A DNA stretch of 64,000 nucleotides from Candidatus Omnitrophota bacterium (GCA_015233405.1 JADFXT010000001.1:233386-297385), one strand, 5' to 3'. Counted from the first letter of the stretch, positions 11,187 to 21,874 are shown. Made by a program: numbers and translations. Notes: generated by a model not told the origin, from the sequence alone.

Positions 11187-12559
11187 AACAACAACATTAT
11201 CATTTTATAGGCATTGGCGGGATCGGCATGGGGGCGTTGGCGTCCTTGCTTTTGGATAAAGGTTGCCGCGTCAGCGGTTCGGACCTTCGGGAGAATTATG
11301 TCACGGCGCAGCTTAAAGAGAAAGGCGCCCAGGTTTTCGTCGGGCATAAAGCAGAAAATGTCGAGGGTGCAGATTACATCATTTTTTCTTCTGCTGTTAA
11401 AGATGACAATCCCGAAATGCAGGAAGCGAAAAAAAGAAATATCCCTATTATCCGGCGCGCGGAATTGTTGGCCGGCCTTATGAAAGATTATACGGAAATC
11501 ACCATCGCCGGGGCGCACGGGAAGACCACGACGACCTCGATGGTGGCCAATTTATTGCAGGTCGCTGCTTTTGACCCGACCATTGCCGTCGGAGGGATCG
11601 TCAATCAGACTAAAAAGAACGCTCAATTAGGAAAAAGTAAATATTTTGTCGCGGAAGTGGATGAGAGCGATGGGTCGTTCTTGAATTTCTCGCCGGATTT
11701 TTCTATCATCACCAACATCGACTTTGAGCACGCGGATTATTACAAGGATCTGGCAGAGATCACGGCGACGTATGAGAAATTTATTTTAAAGACGAAGCCG
11801 CACGGTGTTTTGATCGGCTGCGGCGAGGACCCGCGTCTTTTGGCTCTTTTACAAAAGAATAAGAAAAAGTTTATGACATATGGTTTTTCCAAGGACTGTG
11901 ACGTCTTCGCCCAGAATGTGCTCTTGGGCGCGTTCGTCTGCCGGTATGAGTGTTACTTTAAAAATAAAAAATTGGGCGAGATCGTTTTAAACGTGCCCGG
12001 AGAGCACAATGTCCTAAATTCTTTGGCTTGTGTTTGTTTAGGATTAAGTTTAGATATTCCGTTTGATACGATCAAAGAAAGTTTGCGGCAGTTTAAAGGT
12101 GTTCAACGGCGCCTGGAGTTGATCGGAGAGCTGGATGGTGTCAGAGTGATGGACGATTACGGCCATCATCCGACGGAGATCGTGGCGACGCTTAAGGCAG
12201 CCAGCCGTTTTGGCCAAAAGCGTTTGGTCGTGGCTTTTCAACCGCACCGGTATTCCCGCGTTCAGGCCCTTTTCAAAGAGTTCAGCGAATGTTTTGCCCT
12301 TGCGGATTATTTGATCATCACGGACATTTATGCCGCCAGCGAGAAACCTATCGACGGTGTTCATTCGGAAATCTTAGTAGAGAACGTCAGGCAAAAGACA
12401 AAAAAAGAAGTGCTGTACTTAAAGAAAGATGATATTCTAAAACATTTATTGGAAATCGTCAGACAAGGCGACTGCATTCTCACTTTAGGGGCTGGGGACA
12501 TCACGCAAATTTCCAAACAGCTCGTGCAGGCCTTAAAAGAAAAACCCGTAGGAGTTTAA
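11183..12559 (+). CDS. murC: UDP-MurNAc:L-alanine ligase MurC
   Basis: HFIGIGGIGMGALA N-terminus and AGAHGKTTTT P-loop; ATG 11183 forms an ATGA overlap with the upstream stop (ORF-track start 11159 less likely). Confidence 0.9.
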   Translation: MKQQHYHFIGIGGIGMGALASLLLDKGCRVSGSDLRENYVTAQLKEKGAQVFVGHKAENVEGADYIIFSSAVKDDNPEMQEAKKRNIPIIRRAELLAGLMKDYTEITIAGAHGKTTTTSMVANLLQVAAFDPTIAVGGIVNQTKKNAQLGKSKYFVAEVDESDGSFLNFSPDFSIITNIDFEHADYYKDLAEITATYEKFILKTKPHGVLIGCGEDPRLLALLQKNKKKFMTYGFSKDCDVFAQNVLLGAFVCRYECYFKNKKLGEIVLNVPGEHNVLNSLACVCLGLSLDIPFDTIKESLRQFKGVQRRLELIGELDGVRVMDDYGHHPTEIVATLKAASRFGQKRLVVAFQPHRYSRVQALFKEFSECFALADYLIITDIYAASEKPIDGVHSEILVENVRQKTKKEVLYLKKDDILKHLLEIVRQGDCILTLGAGDITQISKQLVQALKEKPVGV

Positions 12560-12561
12560 CG

Positions 12562-13530
12562 ATGACTATGCCACAACCTTTGGGCCGTATCGGTGTTTTG
12601 ATGGGAGGATATTCTTCAGAGCGGGCGATATCCTTAAAATCCGGGACCGCGATCTATCAAGCGCTTTGTGAAGAAGGATGTGATGTTGTTGCCATCGATA
12701 TCGTCGACAAAGATATTGCTAAAATCAAAGAGACGATCTTAAGCGCCGCCATTGATGTGGCCTTTGTTGCTTTGCACGGCCGGTTAGGAGAAGACGGAGA
12801 GATCCAATCGCTTTTGGAAGACCTGCAGCTTCCCTACGTCGGGTCGAATGCGAAAGCCAGCCGGTTGGCGTTTGACAAAGAGCTTTCTCATCAGGTGTTC
12901 GCCCAGAGCAGTTTGGCGATTCCGGATTATTGCGTCGTCTGGAAAAAAGACAACGCGCAAAGAGCTATTTCCGAGTGGAAAAATTTTCCGGTGGTGGTCA
13001 AACCGACCTGTGAAGGGTCCAGCATCGGCGTCAGCATTATTGAAAATGCCGACGAGATGATGGCCGCCATGGAATCAGCCTGGGAATATGGGGATAGAAT
13101 TCTCCTCGAGCAATATATCAAAGGCCGGGAAATGACCGTCGGCATTCTCGATAAGGACGCTTTGCCGGTCATTGAGATCCATTCCACACGCGGATTTTTT
13201 GATTATACGGCCAAATATCAAAAAGGTCTTACGGATTATCTGGTGCCGGCACCTATCGACGAGCCGACGACCAAGATTTTACAAAAGCTGGCGCTTAAAG
13301 CCCATCAGGCTTTAGGTTGTGCGAATTTTTCCAGAGTGGATTTTATTTTGTCCGAGGACGGGACGCCGTATATCTTGGAAGTGAACACCATTCCCGGATT
13401 TACAGCGACGAGCCTTTTGCCTAAGGCGGCCAAAGAAAAAGGCATCACCTTTAACCAACTGTGTTTAACCCTTGTGCAATTAGCGTATGGTAAAAAGAAA
13501 ACAAAAACCAATATCCCTGTCCGCTGTTAA
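12562..13530 (+). CDS. ddl: D-alanine--D-alanine ligase
   Basis: ATP-grasp Ddl pattern (GVLMGGYSSEREISLKSG, HGRLGEDG, EVNTIPGFT). Confidence 0.9.
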   Translation: MTMPQPLGRIGVLMGGYSSERAISLKSGTAIYQALCEEGCDVVAIDIVDKDIAKIKETILSAAIDVAFVALHGRLGEDGEIQSLLEDLQLPYVGSNAKASRLAFDKELSHQVFAQSSLAIPDYCVVWKKDNAQRAISEWKNFPVVVKPTCEGSSIGVSIIENADEMMAAMESAWEYGDRILLEQYIKGREMTVGILDKDALPVIEIHSTRGFFDYTAKYQKGLTDYLVPAPIDEPTTKILQKLALKAHQALGCANFSRVDFILSEDGTPYILEVNTIPGFTATSLLPKAAKEKGITFNQLCLTLVQLAYGKKKTKTNIPVRC

Positions 13531-14251
13531 GTGGCCGGCGATCCTTATTATCACCCTGGTCCTTTTGGTGTGGGGCGTGATTTTTATCTGCCAAAGCATC
13601 AAGCAATGCCTGGTGCAGTCGGATTATTTTAAAGTTAAAGTGATCACCATTGACCCGTCGCTGCAATCGATCACCAAGCGGGATCTAAGAAATGTTCTAG
13701 GAAAGAGCATTGTCTTTGTTAATCTTCAAGAGGTGGAAAGTGACCTGTTAAAGAAATATCCGGCGGTGTCTGCCTTACAGGTTGAAAAACATTTTCCCAA
13801 CCAGATCTCGATCAAAGCCAAAAGAAGGTTCCCCTTGGTCCAAGTGAGGACCGGACGCGGATCTTTTCTTTTGGATAATAGCGGTGTGGTGATGGGGATT
13901 GCACCTGTCCCCAATAAAGGGCTTCCCGTTTTATTAGGTTGGGATTTTAACGGGCGGCTCGTTTTAGGTAAGGCCGTGAACACGGCGAAAACACAGCTGG
14001 CGCTGCGAATTGCCGGAGCGTTCACGTTGCATAAGAGCCTTGCGTCGTATAAGATGGACAGTATTTCCGTCGAGAATCCGGCAAGGATCTGCCTTAATCT
14101 GACCAATGGTCTTCAGGTGATTGTTGACGAAGATAAGTTAGAGGAAAAGATAGAACTCTTAGGCCTCATGTTATCTCAGGGAAATCTTAACTTAAACCGG
14201 ATCAAATATATCGATTTACGTTTCAAAGAACCCGTTCTCGGGACAAAATAG
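13487..14251 (+). CDS. ftsQ: Division protein FtsQ (POTRA domain)
   Basis: N-terminal TM anchor, POTRA-like segment; slot between ddl and ftsA. Confidence 0.7.
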   Translation: MVKRKQKPISLSAVKWPAILIITLVLLVWGVIFICQSIKQCLVQSDYFKVKVITIDPSLQSITKRDLRNVLGKSIVFVNLQEVESDLLKKYPAVSALQVEKHFPNQISIKAKRRFPLVQVRTGRGSFLLDNSGVVMGIAPVPNKGLPVLLGWDFNGRLVLGKAVNTAKTQLALRIAGAFTLHKSLASYKMDSISVENPARICLNLTNGLQVIVDEDKLEEKIELLGLMLSQGNLNLNRIKYIDLRFKEPVLGTK

Positions 14252-14259
14252 GACAACAT

Positions 14260-15486
14260 ATGAAGGAACAATTTTTTTGCGGTCTTGATTTGGGGGCCCA
14301 CAGGCTCAAAGCAGGTGTTTTAAAAGTGAATAATCCTGAAAGCGCACAGCTCATCGAGATTCACGAAGGGGCGACCGCGGGATTTAAAGACGGGGTTGTT
14401 CATGACCTCGGGGAATTTTCCGAGTGCATTTATAACGCGGTGAGTTCTGTTTTAAAGAATGCTAAAGTAAAACTAAAAGGAATTCAGCTAGGGCTCAACG
14501 GAGAATTTGTCCAAGCGCGTCAAGCGTCCGCAATGATCCCGTTGACGGACAAGGGAAGCAAAGTTATTACGACTTATGATTTAAAGAGAGTCAATAAACA
14601 TAATCGGTTGTTGAGTTTGAAGATGGAGGAAGAGACGCTCCATGAAATTTTGCAGTCTTATCAGGTCAATGAGGAAAACCCGACGATCAATCCGGTTGGC
14701 CTTTATGGGCGGAAGCTCGGCGTGAGCGCGGTCTTGATTTTGACGGAAGTTAATCGTATCCGCAATTTGACGCGCGCAGTGCATGAGGCCGGATATGATG
14801 TCAGCAATATTCTTTTTAGCAGTTATGTCGCTACGAAAGCGGTCTTGAGTGATAGGGAAATAAAGGAAGGCTGCGTTTTTATTGATATGGGTGCGGCGGT
14901 GACAAGTATTTTGATTTTTCACGGTGGGGTTTTAAAATATCTAGAGAGAATTCCCGTCGCTGGTCGGCATTTGACCCAAAGCATTGCGGATAAATTGAAT
15001 CTGCCGTTTGAGTTGGCGCAGCAGATCAAGGAATCTTATGCCGTGGCGTTAAAAAGTCATCAGCATCTTGATGAAGAAATTTTGATTAAAAGAGAAAATG
15101 CCTATATTCCTATTAAACGCGCGCTGATTTATGAGGCGATAGAACCGGACATTAACCAATTGATCAAGAAAATTCAGTCGGCGATCGAGTCTTCCGGGTA
15201 TGCGGATAAAATTAAGAATAGGATCATTCTCGTCGGTGGCACAACATTGTTGACCGGGCTTATCGAACGCATAGGTCAGGATACTGGTTATCAAGCAGAG
15301 TTAGGAAAAATTCATATTCCTATCCAGAAAAATATGGGGGATTTAACGGTGTTCGCGGGCGTGGCCGGTTTGGCTTGGAACGGGTATGAACGAAGTATTA
15401 AAGATAAAATTATCTTAAAAGGAAAGATCAGCTTAAAGCAGCAACTTTCCCATAAGTTAAAAGAATTATACGAAGATTATTTTTAA
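14260..15486 (+). CDS. ftsA: Actin-like division protein FtsA
   Basis: Actin/HSP70-fold pattern (GLDLG..RLKA, IDMGAAVTS, LVGGTTLLTG); follows ftsQ. Confidence 0.85.
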   Translation: MKEQFFCGLDLGAHRLKAGVLKVNNPESAQLIEIHEGATAGFKDGVVHDLGEFSECIYNAVSSVLKNAKVKLKGIQLGLNGEFVQARQASAMIPLTDKGSKVITTYDLKRVNKHNRLLSLKMEEETLHEILQSYQVNEENPTINPVGLYGRKLGVSAVLILTEVNRIRNLTRAVHEAGYDVSNILFSSYVATKAVLSDREIKEGCVFIDMGAAVTSILIFHGGVLKYLERIPVAGRHLTQSIADKLNLPFELAQQIKESYAVALKSHQHLDEEILIKRENAYIPIKRALIYEAIEPDINQLIKKIQSAIESSGYADKIKNRIILVGGTTLLTGLIERIGQDTGYQAELGKIHIPIQKNMGDLTVFAGVAGLAWNGYERSIKDKIILKGKISLKQQLSHKLKELYEDYF

Positions 15487-15488
15487 GT

Positions 15489-15839
15489 TTAGTTTTTGCA
15501 ACGCATCTTGCTTAAATGATACGTGATGTCGCGCAAGATGGTCCGAAGCCTTTGAATACCGCCGAAGATATACAAAAGCCAGAACGAATTAAGGAGTAGT
15601 AAAAGAACGATAATCGTGGTATTAATGGTTTGAGCAAGAAGGACTTTTTCCAGAAGGCTTGCTTTCGCGGTCTGAAAGTTCAAGTCAATGACGTGAATGG
15701 TATTGGACAGCCAGAAAATAGAAATAATGACCAAAATAACTTGAAAGAACATAAAATAGAAGTGCCGCATGACCCATTTTGCGATGAGATTGTCCCAATA
15801 GCGCACTTTATTCATAAATTGTTCAAGCATCATAGTCAC
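15489..15839 (-). CDS. Small membrane protein, unknown function
   Basis: 116 aa with 2-3 hydrophobic helices; AAGGAG 7 nt upstream of ATG; occupies the slot where ftsZ would be expected, on the opposite strand. Confidence 0.5.
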   Translation of the reverse strand: MTMMLEQFMNKVRYWDNLIAKWVMRHFYFMFFQVILVIISIFWLSNTIHVIDLNFQTAKASLLEKVLLAQTINTTIIVLLLLLNSFWLLYIFGGIQRLRTILRDITYHLSKMRCKN

Positions 15840-15909
15840 TCTCCTTTTTTGGTTAAAATTATTCTATCGAATCCATATAAAAAAGCAATCTCTTTAAAAG
15901 GAGTTTTCC

Positions 15910-16281
15910 ATGGCCCATAAAGTCTTAATTGTTGATGACGAGAGAGTCAGTTTATCCTTGGTCAAATTTGGTTTAGCGGGGCAGCATTATGATGTGATCA
16001 TGGCCCATGATGGAGACGAGGCTCTTAGCAAGGTGAAGGAAGAGAAGCCGGATTTGATCATCCTCGACGTTCAAATGCCCAATATGAACGGTTATGAATT
16101 TATGCAGGAGCTCAAAGTCCTTCAAGGGGTGCGGACGACGCCGGTGATCATGGTCACGGCCAATGAAACCATGGCGGATATGTTCAAGCTCGAAGGTGTT
16201 AAGGCCTATTTTGTCAAACCCGTTAAATTGACCGATCTCCTTAAAAAAGTCCAACAGTGTTTAGGTCCTAACCCTGTTTAA
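15910..16281 (+). CDS. Stand-alone response-regulator receiver (CheY-like)
   Basis: VLIVDDE, DLIILDVQMPNMNGYE, KP motifs; no output domain. Confidence 0.9.
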   Translation: MAHKVLIVDDERVSLSLVKFGLAGQHYDVIMAHDGDEALSKVKEEKPDLIILDVQMPNMNGYEFMQELKVLQGVRTTPVIMVTANETMADMFKLEGVKAYFVKPVKLTDLLKKVQQCLGPNPV

Positions 16282-16319
16282 GAAATTCTAAATCCAAAAT
16301 CCGATTCTTTTATATTGTT

Positions 16320-16429
16320 GTCATTCTCGTTATTTTTTTGTCATTCCCGCGAAAGCGGGAATCCAGAGTCTTCTAACAGACCCTTCGTTTTTTTTGAAAT
16401 CCTGGATCCCCGCTTTCGCGGGGATGACA
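16320..16429. repeat. MITE/REP-like palindromic element, copy 3
   Basis: GTCATTCCCGCGAAAGCGGGAATCCAG 16340-16366 with partial arm 20 nt upstream; CTGGATCCCCGCTTTCGCGGGGATGACA 16402-16429. Confidence 0.85.
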
Positions 16430-16458
16430 GCGAAGTAGACGGATGACAAAAAGAAAAC

Positions 16459-17796
16459 ATGCCATCCATTTCTAAACCAGAACTCTTATCTCCCGCCGGG
16501 GATTGGCCTTCCCTTTTATCCGCCATTCATAACGGCGCAGACAGTGTTTATTTTGGCGTCAAGGGTATCAACATGCGTCATCAGGCCACAAATTTTGATA
16601 TTTTAGAAATCAAAAAAGTCATGGCGCTTCTTCACGAGCACCATAAAAAAGGATATTTGGCGCTCAACACGGTCTTGATGAACGAAGATCTTCCGCTCGC
16701 CGAGAAAATCCTTAAGGAAGCGAAGAAATCTCAAGTTGACGCGGTTATCCTTTGGGACTTTGCCGCGCTAAAACTTGCGCAAAAATATGGTTTAAGAATT
16801 CATCTCTCGACGCAAGCCAACGTCTCGAATATTGACGCACTGAAGGCGTATGTCCAATTAGGTGTAAGCCGTGTGGTTTTAGCGCGGGAGTGTGAGCTTA
16901 AAGATATTCAGAAGATCATTAAAGCGATCCGTAAAGAGAAAATCAATTGCGAGGTCGAAACTTTTATCCACGGAGCGATGTGCGTGAGCATTTCTGGGCG
17001 CTGTTTTATGTCGCTGTATTCTTACGGCAAATCCGCGAATGAAGGCAAATGTATCCAGCCCTGCCGACGGGAATTTTCTTTTCAGTTACATGACCGGTCA
17101 GCCGGAAAGAGAGTAAGACATGGCACTGGCGGCGTTCGCTTGGAAGGGCTCCAGAAAAATGAAGCTGCCACAGATTTATCAGAAGAGCTCTATGATATTC
17201 AGGATACGGATAAGGAAACTGATTTTATCCTAGGCAAGGATTATGTCTTAAGCCCGAAGGACCTGTGCACCATTGATTTTATCGACGAGCTCATCAAAGC
17301 CGGCATTCATTCGTTTAAGATTGAAGGCCGTATGCGCTCGCCGGAATATATCAAAGTCGTGACCGCCTGTTATCGTCAAGCGATCGATGCTTATCTGGAC
17401 GGCAAGTTAACGAATTCCTTAAAGACCCATCTCAAAGAAGAGCTGGAATCTGTTTATAACCGCGGATTTTCTTCCGGGTTTTATTTCGGCCAGCCCAAGG
17501 AGGCGTGGAGTAAGGGGCTCGAGAACCGTTATGAACGCATTTTTGTCGGCGAGGTGACACGATTTTTTAAGAAAATTAGCGTTGCCGAAGTGCGCTTGCT
17601 GACCGGCACCATCAAAATTAAGGACAGCATTTTATTCGTGGGCAAAACCACCCCGTCGGAGATTACCAAAGTCAAAGACATCCGCCTAAACGATGCTTCG
17701 GTTACAGAGGCTAAGAAGGGCGACATCGTAGGGATTCAACTGCCATTTATCGTCAAGCCAAGGGATAAAGTATTTATTTGGAAAAAGAAGAGCTGA
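16459..17796 (+). CDS. Peptidase U32 family protein
   Basis: ELLSPAGD..GADSVYFG N-terminus and ETFIHGAMCVSISGRC signature. Confidence 0.85.
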   Translation: MPSISKPELLSPAGDWPSLLSAIHNGADSVYFGVKGINMRHQATNFDILEIKKVMALLHEHHKKGYLALNTVLMNEDLPLAEKILKEAKKSQVDAVILWDFAALKLAQKYGLRIHLSTQANVSNIDALKAYVQLGVSRVVLARECELKDIQKIIKAIRKEKINCEVETFIHGAMCVSISGRCFMSLYSYGKSANEGKCIQPCRREFSFQLHDRSAGKRVRHGTGGVRLEGLQKNEAATDLSEELYDIQDTDKETDFILGKDYVLSPKDLCTIDFIDELIKAGIHSFKIEGRMRSPEYIKVVTACYRQAIDAYLDGKLTNSLKTHLKEELESVYNRGFSSGFYFGQPKEAWSKGLENRYERIFVGEVTRFFKKISVAEVRLLTGTIKIKDSILFVGKTTPSEITKVKDIRLNDASVTEAKKGDIVGIQLPFIVKPRDKVFIWKKKS

Positions 17797-17913
17797 GGCT
17801 CAGAAATTTCATTTGCGCTTTTAAAGATTTATATTAGAATAAATGTCTTCTTTAATAAATATTCTTTTCAAAAGAGATCAGTTAAATATATCTAGTCAAT
17901 AAGGAGATCTGGT

Positions 17914-20238
17914 ATGGCCCGTAAAATTTCCGAGAATGCCCTAAAGGTCCTCGAGCGCAGGTATCTTAAAAAAGATGCTGAAGGCAAAGTCATTGAAACC
18001 CCCGAACAGATGTTTCGCCGTGTCGCAACCACCATTGCCGCCATTGATAAAAAATATGGCGCCAGCAAAAAACAAATAGACAAGACCGAACAAGATTTTT
18101 TTCAGATCATGAGCGATTTGGAGTTCATCCCAAATTCTCCGACGCTGATGAACGCGGGGCGCGCCTTAGGCCAGTTGAGCGCCTGTTTTGTCCTTCCCAT
18201 TGAAGACTCCATGGAATCCATTTTTGAGACGCTGAAGACGACCGCGCTTATCCATAAATCCGGCGGCGGCACAGGGTTTTCTTTTTCACGGTTACGCGAG
18301 AAAAATAGTTACGTCCAGAAGACCGGCGGTGTGGCCTCCGGCCCGATTTCGTTCATGAAGGTCTTTGACGGCGCAACGCAGGCGGTCAAACAGGGGGGAA
18401 CTCGTCGGGGAGCGAACATGGCGATCTTACGCGTCGACCATCCGGACATCGTGGAATTCATCACCTGTAAACAACACGATAAAGAGATCACCAATTTTAA
18501 TATTTCCGTCGCAGTGACTGAAAAATTCTGGCAGGCGTTGGAAGCGGGCGAGGATTATGATTTGGTATCTCCGTACACGGGCAATGTCGTCCAGAGGATC
18601 AGCAGCCAGTATGTGTTTGACCTTATCGTCGAGAATGCGCATAAAAATGGCGAGCCGGGATTGATCTTTATCGATTACATGAACGAACAAAATCCCACGC
18701 CGGCGTTAGGAGCCTATGAGGCCACTAATCCGTGCGGCGAACAGGTGTTGCTTCCTTATGAAAGCTGTAATTTAGGGTCCATTAATTTGCTTAATATCGT
18801 CAAGAAAATCGATCATAAATATGAAGTGGATTGGGACCGGCTACAAACCGTGGTCCGGACCGCGGTCCATTTCCTGGACAATGTCATCGACGCTAACCGG
18901 CATCCGGTTAAGCAAATTGAGCAGCAGACAAAGTTCACGCGCAAAGTCGGTTTGGGTGTCATGGGCTGGGCATCGCTCTTGGCCCGTCTAGGCATCGGGT
19001 ATGATTCTCAGGAAGGGGTCGATTTAGCTCGTCAGGTCATGTCATTTATCTTGACGGAAGCACGCATTAAATCCTTGGAATTAGGAAAACACAAAGGTGT
19101 CTTTCCGGCGTTTGATAAAAGTATTTTCGCCAGCGGAGAACAAAAGAAGCGCTTTAGAAACGCGACCTTAACGACCATTGCACCGACAGGAACGATCAGC
19201 ATTATCGGCGGGCCCTGTTCTTCAGGCATTGAGCCGATTTTTTCCATTTGTTATTATCGTAATGTCATGGACAATACCAAACTGGTCGAGGTTGACCCTG
19301 TGTTTAAAGAAATCGCCGAGGAGCGAGGGTTTTATAGCGAGGAGCTTATGCAAAAGATCGCCGAGCGCGGTTCGATCAAAGACCTCGAAGAAATCCCGTC
19401 GGATATCAAGCGCTCTTTCGTCACGTCCCACGATATTTCCCCGGAATGGCATATTAAAATGCAGGCGGCTTTTCAGGAATTCACCGACAATGCGGTATCG
19501 AAGACCATTAATTTTTCTCATGGCGCGACCAAAGATGACGTCAAGAAGGCCTATCTTTTGGCCTATCAATTAAAGTGCAAAGGCATCACGGTCTATCGCG
19601 ACGGAAGCCGGGAAGACCAAGTGCTCAATATTACTAAGAAGGAAGATTCTTCGCTGGTGGCTCAAGCGCCTTTACCATCTACGCCGCAAGCGTCAGGTTC
19701 TATTGAACCAAAACCTCGCCCGGAAGTAATTTTAGGACACACCTCCAAGGCGTCGACCGGCTGCGGCAATTTGTATGTTACGATCAATTACGACGAGGAT
19801 GGAAATCCGTTTGAGGCATTTACCCAAATGGGAAAAGCCGGCGGATGCGCGTCCAGCCAGCTCGAGGCGATTGGCCGTTTGATCTCACTGGCCATGCGCT
19901 CAGGGATCGATCCAAAGGTGATCCATGAACAATTAAGGGGGATTCGCTGTCCTGTTCCGTCGTGGAACAAGGGCACGCGGGTGCTTTCATGTTCGGATGC
20001 GATTTCTCAGGTGATTGAAAAACGTATGAAAGAAGAGCCTCCGGTTGCTCACAGAAAAGAAGAGGCGTTTGTTACGAGAGATTCGGTCACAAGCCAGACG
20101 ACAGAAGCCTTTGCTTTGACGGCAACCAAACGGAAATCCAAAGGAAATATCGTCGGAGTTTGCCCGGATTGCGGAAATCCTTTGCATCATGAAGAAGGAT
20201 GCCTAAAGTGTTATGGTTGCGGATATTCGAAGTGCTAG
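17914..20238 (+). CDS. nrdJ: Class II (adenosylcobalamin-dependent) ribonucleotide reductase
   Basis: NPCGEQ..ESCNLGSINL active-site region, TVYRDGSR, C-terminal Cys-rich zinc ribbon (CPDCG..CLKCYGCG); AAGGAG RBS. Confidence 0.9.
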   Translation: MARKISENALKVLERRYLKKDAEGKVIETPEQMFRRVATTIAAIDKKYGASKKQIDKTEQDFFQIMSDLEFIPNSPTLMNAGRALGQLSACFVLPIEDSMESIFETLKTTALIHKSGGGTGFSFSRLREKNSYVQKTGGVASGPISFMKVFDGATQAVKQGGTRRGANMAILRVDHPDIVEFITCKQHDKEITNFNISVAVTEKFWQALEAGEDYDLVSPYTGNVVQRISSQYVFDLIVENAHKNGEPGLIFIDYMNEQNPTPALGAYEATNPCGEQVLLPYESCNLGSINLLNIVKKIDHKYEVDWDRLQTVVRTAVHFLDNVIDANRHPVKQIEQQTKFTRKVGLGVMGWASLLARLGIGYDSQEGVDLARQVMSFILTEARIKSLELGKHKGVFPAFDKSIFASGEQKKRFRNATLTTIAPTGTISIIGGPCSSGIEPIFSICYYRNVMDNTKLVEVDPVFKEIAEERGFYSEELMQKIAERGSIKDLEEIPSDIKRSFVTSHDISPEWHIKMQAAFQEFTDNAVSKTINFSHGATKDDVKKAYLLAYQLKCKGITVYRDGSREDQVLNITKKEDSSLVAQAPLPSTPQASGSIEPKPRPEVILGHTSKASTGCGNLYVTINYDEDGNPFEAFTQMGKAGGCASSQLEAIGRLISLAMRSGIDPKVIHEQLRGIRCPVPSWNKGTRVLSCSDAISQVIEKRMKEEPPVAHRKEEAFVTRDSVTSQTTEAFALTATKRKSKGNIVGVCPDCGNPLHHEEGCLKCYGCGYSKC

Positions 20239-20243
20239 ATAAA

Positions 20244-20352
20244 AATTCGAAATCCGAAGCACGAAATCCGAAACACATTTTAAATTCTTAAGAAGCAAAC
20301 AACAAGCATTCTTGGTTTCGGATTTTAGATTTGTTTCGAGTTTCGAATTTAG
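20244..20352. repeat. Imperfect long inverted repeat built from CGAAATCCGAA / TTCGGATTT units; possible nrdJ terminator
   Basis: Direct repeats cgaaatccgaa at 20248-20274 face ggtttcggatttt and tttcgagtttcgaattt at 20314-20350. Confidence 0.4.
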
Positions 20353-20384
20353 GATTTTTAACTTTTTTATGAGGAGATGTCCTT

Positions 20385-21734
20385 TTGAAAGAACAGCTTG
20401 CGATTCATAGTTATGTGGCTGACCGTCTTGGGATAGGATTGTTTAGATATGCCATGGCGCCGCAAGAACAGTTCGTCAGTTTTAACAAGACGTTCGTTCG
20501 TATTTTAGGCTTTTCTTCCTCTCAAAATTTAAATGGTAGAAAGATCGCCCACCTTTTCGCTAATACGAAATCCTACGAAGATTTTTTAAAAACGATCCAA
20601 GAAGAAGGAAAAGTCAAATTTTTCCAGACCTCTTATAAAAATAAGAACGGGAAATTCATTTGGATCTCTATCTCGGCGTGTTTTGTCTCCGATGGTAATA
20701 AAGGCCATTTCCTCGAGGGATTCGTCGAGGATGTCACGCAACAGATCAAAGACCGTGAGCGTTTAACGCAGGAGACAGATTTCTTGCAAGGGTTCTTGGA
20801 CCAGATGCCGGACGCCATTTATTTTAAGGACCGGAAAAACCGCCTTATCAAGGTCAATAAATTTTACTCCAAAGGGTTTAAGCTGACGCCAGAGGAGATT
20901 ATCGGCAAGACCGATTTTGATTTCTTCCCTCAGGAACAGGCCCAGGCCATGGCGGATGATGATAACCAGGTCATGAAAACTGGTGCGCCGATCATCGGGA
21001 AGATCGAGCGGACCCTTTTGCCGAACGGAACCTGGAACCAGGTCATCACGACCAAGGTCCCGATGTATGACCGTAAAGGCCGAATCACCGGTACCATGGG
21101 TATTACGCGCGACATGACCGAGCATGCCAATTTGGAACAAGACAGGCTTTCGATGTTGATGAACGCTTTGGCTGTTTTGGGAAAAGCGCTTGAGATGCGC
21201 GACCCGTACACCTTTCAGCACACGTGTAACGTGGCGATTATCGCCGAGAAGATTGGCCAGGAGATGGGATTTGATAAAAATAGGCTTATCGGTCTTAAGT
21301 TGGCCGCAGAGCTGCATGACTTGGGCAAAATCACTCTTCCGCTGGACCTTTTGATCAAGCCTGGAAAATTGACCAAGCTTGAATTTACGCTCATCAAAGA
21401 ACACGTCGAGAAATGTTATGATTTGATCAAGGACATTCGGTTTCCCTTTCCGCTTGCGGATATTATTTATCAGCATCATGAAAGGCTTGATGGTTCCGGA
21501 TATCCCCAAGGGATTAAAGGAAGCAAAATCCTTTCGGAGTCCCGCATTCTGGCAGTGAGCGATGTCCTGGAAGCCATGACCAACCATCGTCCTTACAGGG
21601 CCGCATTAGGATTTAAAAAAGCGGTTGATGAGCTTAAAGATGGAGCTGGAAAAATATATGACAGCGAAGTTGTTGAGGTCGTTCTCAAGATCGCCAAACG
21701 CAATGGCAACAAACCTTTCTGGGCTGAAGACTGA
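20385..21734 (+). CDS. PAS-domain HD-GYP phosphohydrolase (putative c-di-GMP phosphodiesterase)
   Basis: PAS-like segments; ELHDLGK and HHERLDGSGYPQG signatures; TTG start with GAGGAG RBS. Confidence 0.85.
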   Translation: MKEQLAIHSYVADRLGIGLFRYAMAPQEQFVSFNKTFVRILGFSSSQNLNGRKIAHLFANTKSYEDFLKTIQEEGKVKFFQTSYKNKNGKFIWISISACFVSDGNKGHFLEGFVEDVTQQIKDRERLTQETDFLQGFLDQMPDAIYFKDRKNRLIKVNKFYSKGFKLTPEEIIGKTDFDFFPQEQAQAMADDDNQVMKTGAPIIGKIERTLLPNGTWNQVITTKVPMYDRKGRITGTMGITRDMTEHANLEQDRLSMLMNALAVLGKALEMRDPYTFQHTCNVAIIAEKIGQEMGFDKNRLIGLKLAAELHDLGKITLPLDLLIKPGKLTKLEFTLIKEHVEKCYDLIKDIRFPFPLADIIYQHHERLDGSGYPQGIKGSKILSESRILAVSDVLEAMTNHRPYRAALGFKKAVDELKDGAGKIYDSEVVEVVLKIAKRNGNKPFWAED

Positions 21735-21846
21735 TTTTAATCCCTCACAGAAATTCCCTGGGCTTTAGCCCGCTGAGCTTCATTCCAATATTTGCCGTAT
21801 CTTCCTTTAAATTTCAGGATTTTTAAAATTTTTTTGCCTCCCTGAT

Positions 21847-21874
21847 TTGCATTTTCCAGAAAGTGTGTTATATT
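21847..21874 (+). promoter_or_regulatory. Candidate sigma70-type promoter for giant ORF1
   Basis: TTGCAT - 16 nt - TGtTATATT (extended -10); followed by palindrome GAAATTTTCAAAA..TTTTGAAAATTT at 21882-21914. Confidence 0.4.

Noticed and set aside
17825-17897. NrdR boxes upstream of nrdJ (AGATTTATATTAGAAT and CAGTTAAATATATCTAGTC)
   Set aside because: They are only AT-rich partial resemblances to the NrdR palindrome. The flanking CAC/GTG half-sites are missing and the spacing is atypical.
17914-20238. Intein in the class II RNR
   Set aside because: The length is normal, the catalytic regions are contiguous, and no intein block motifs interrupt the sequence.
20763-21587. 274-aa ORF on the minus strand
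   Set aside because: It lies wholly antisense to the PAS/HD-GYP gene, which has strong domain signatures. It has no RBS or recognisable motifs, so it is a typical shadow ORF.
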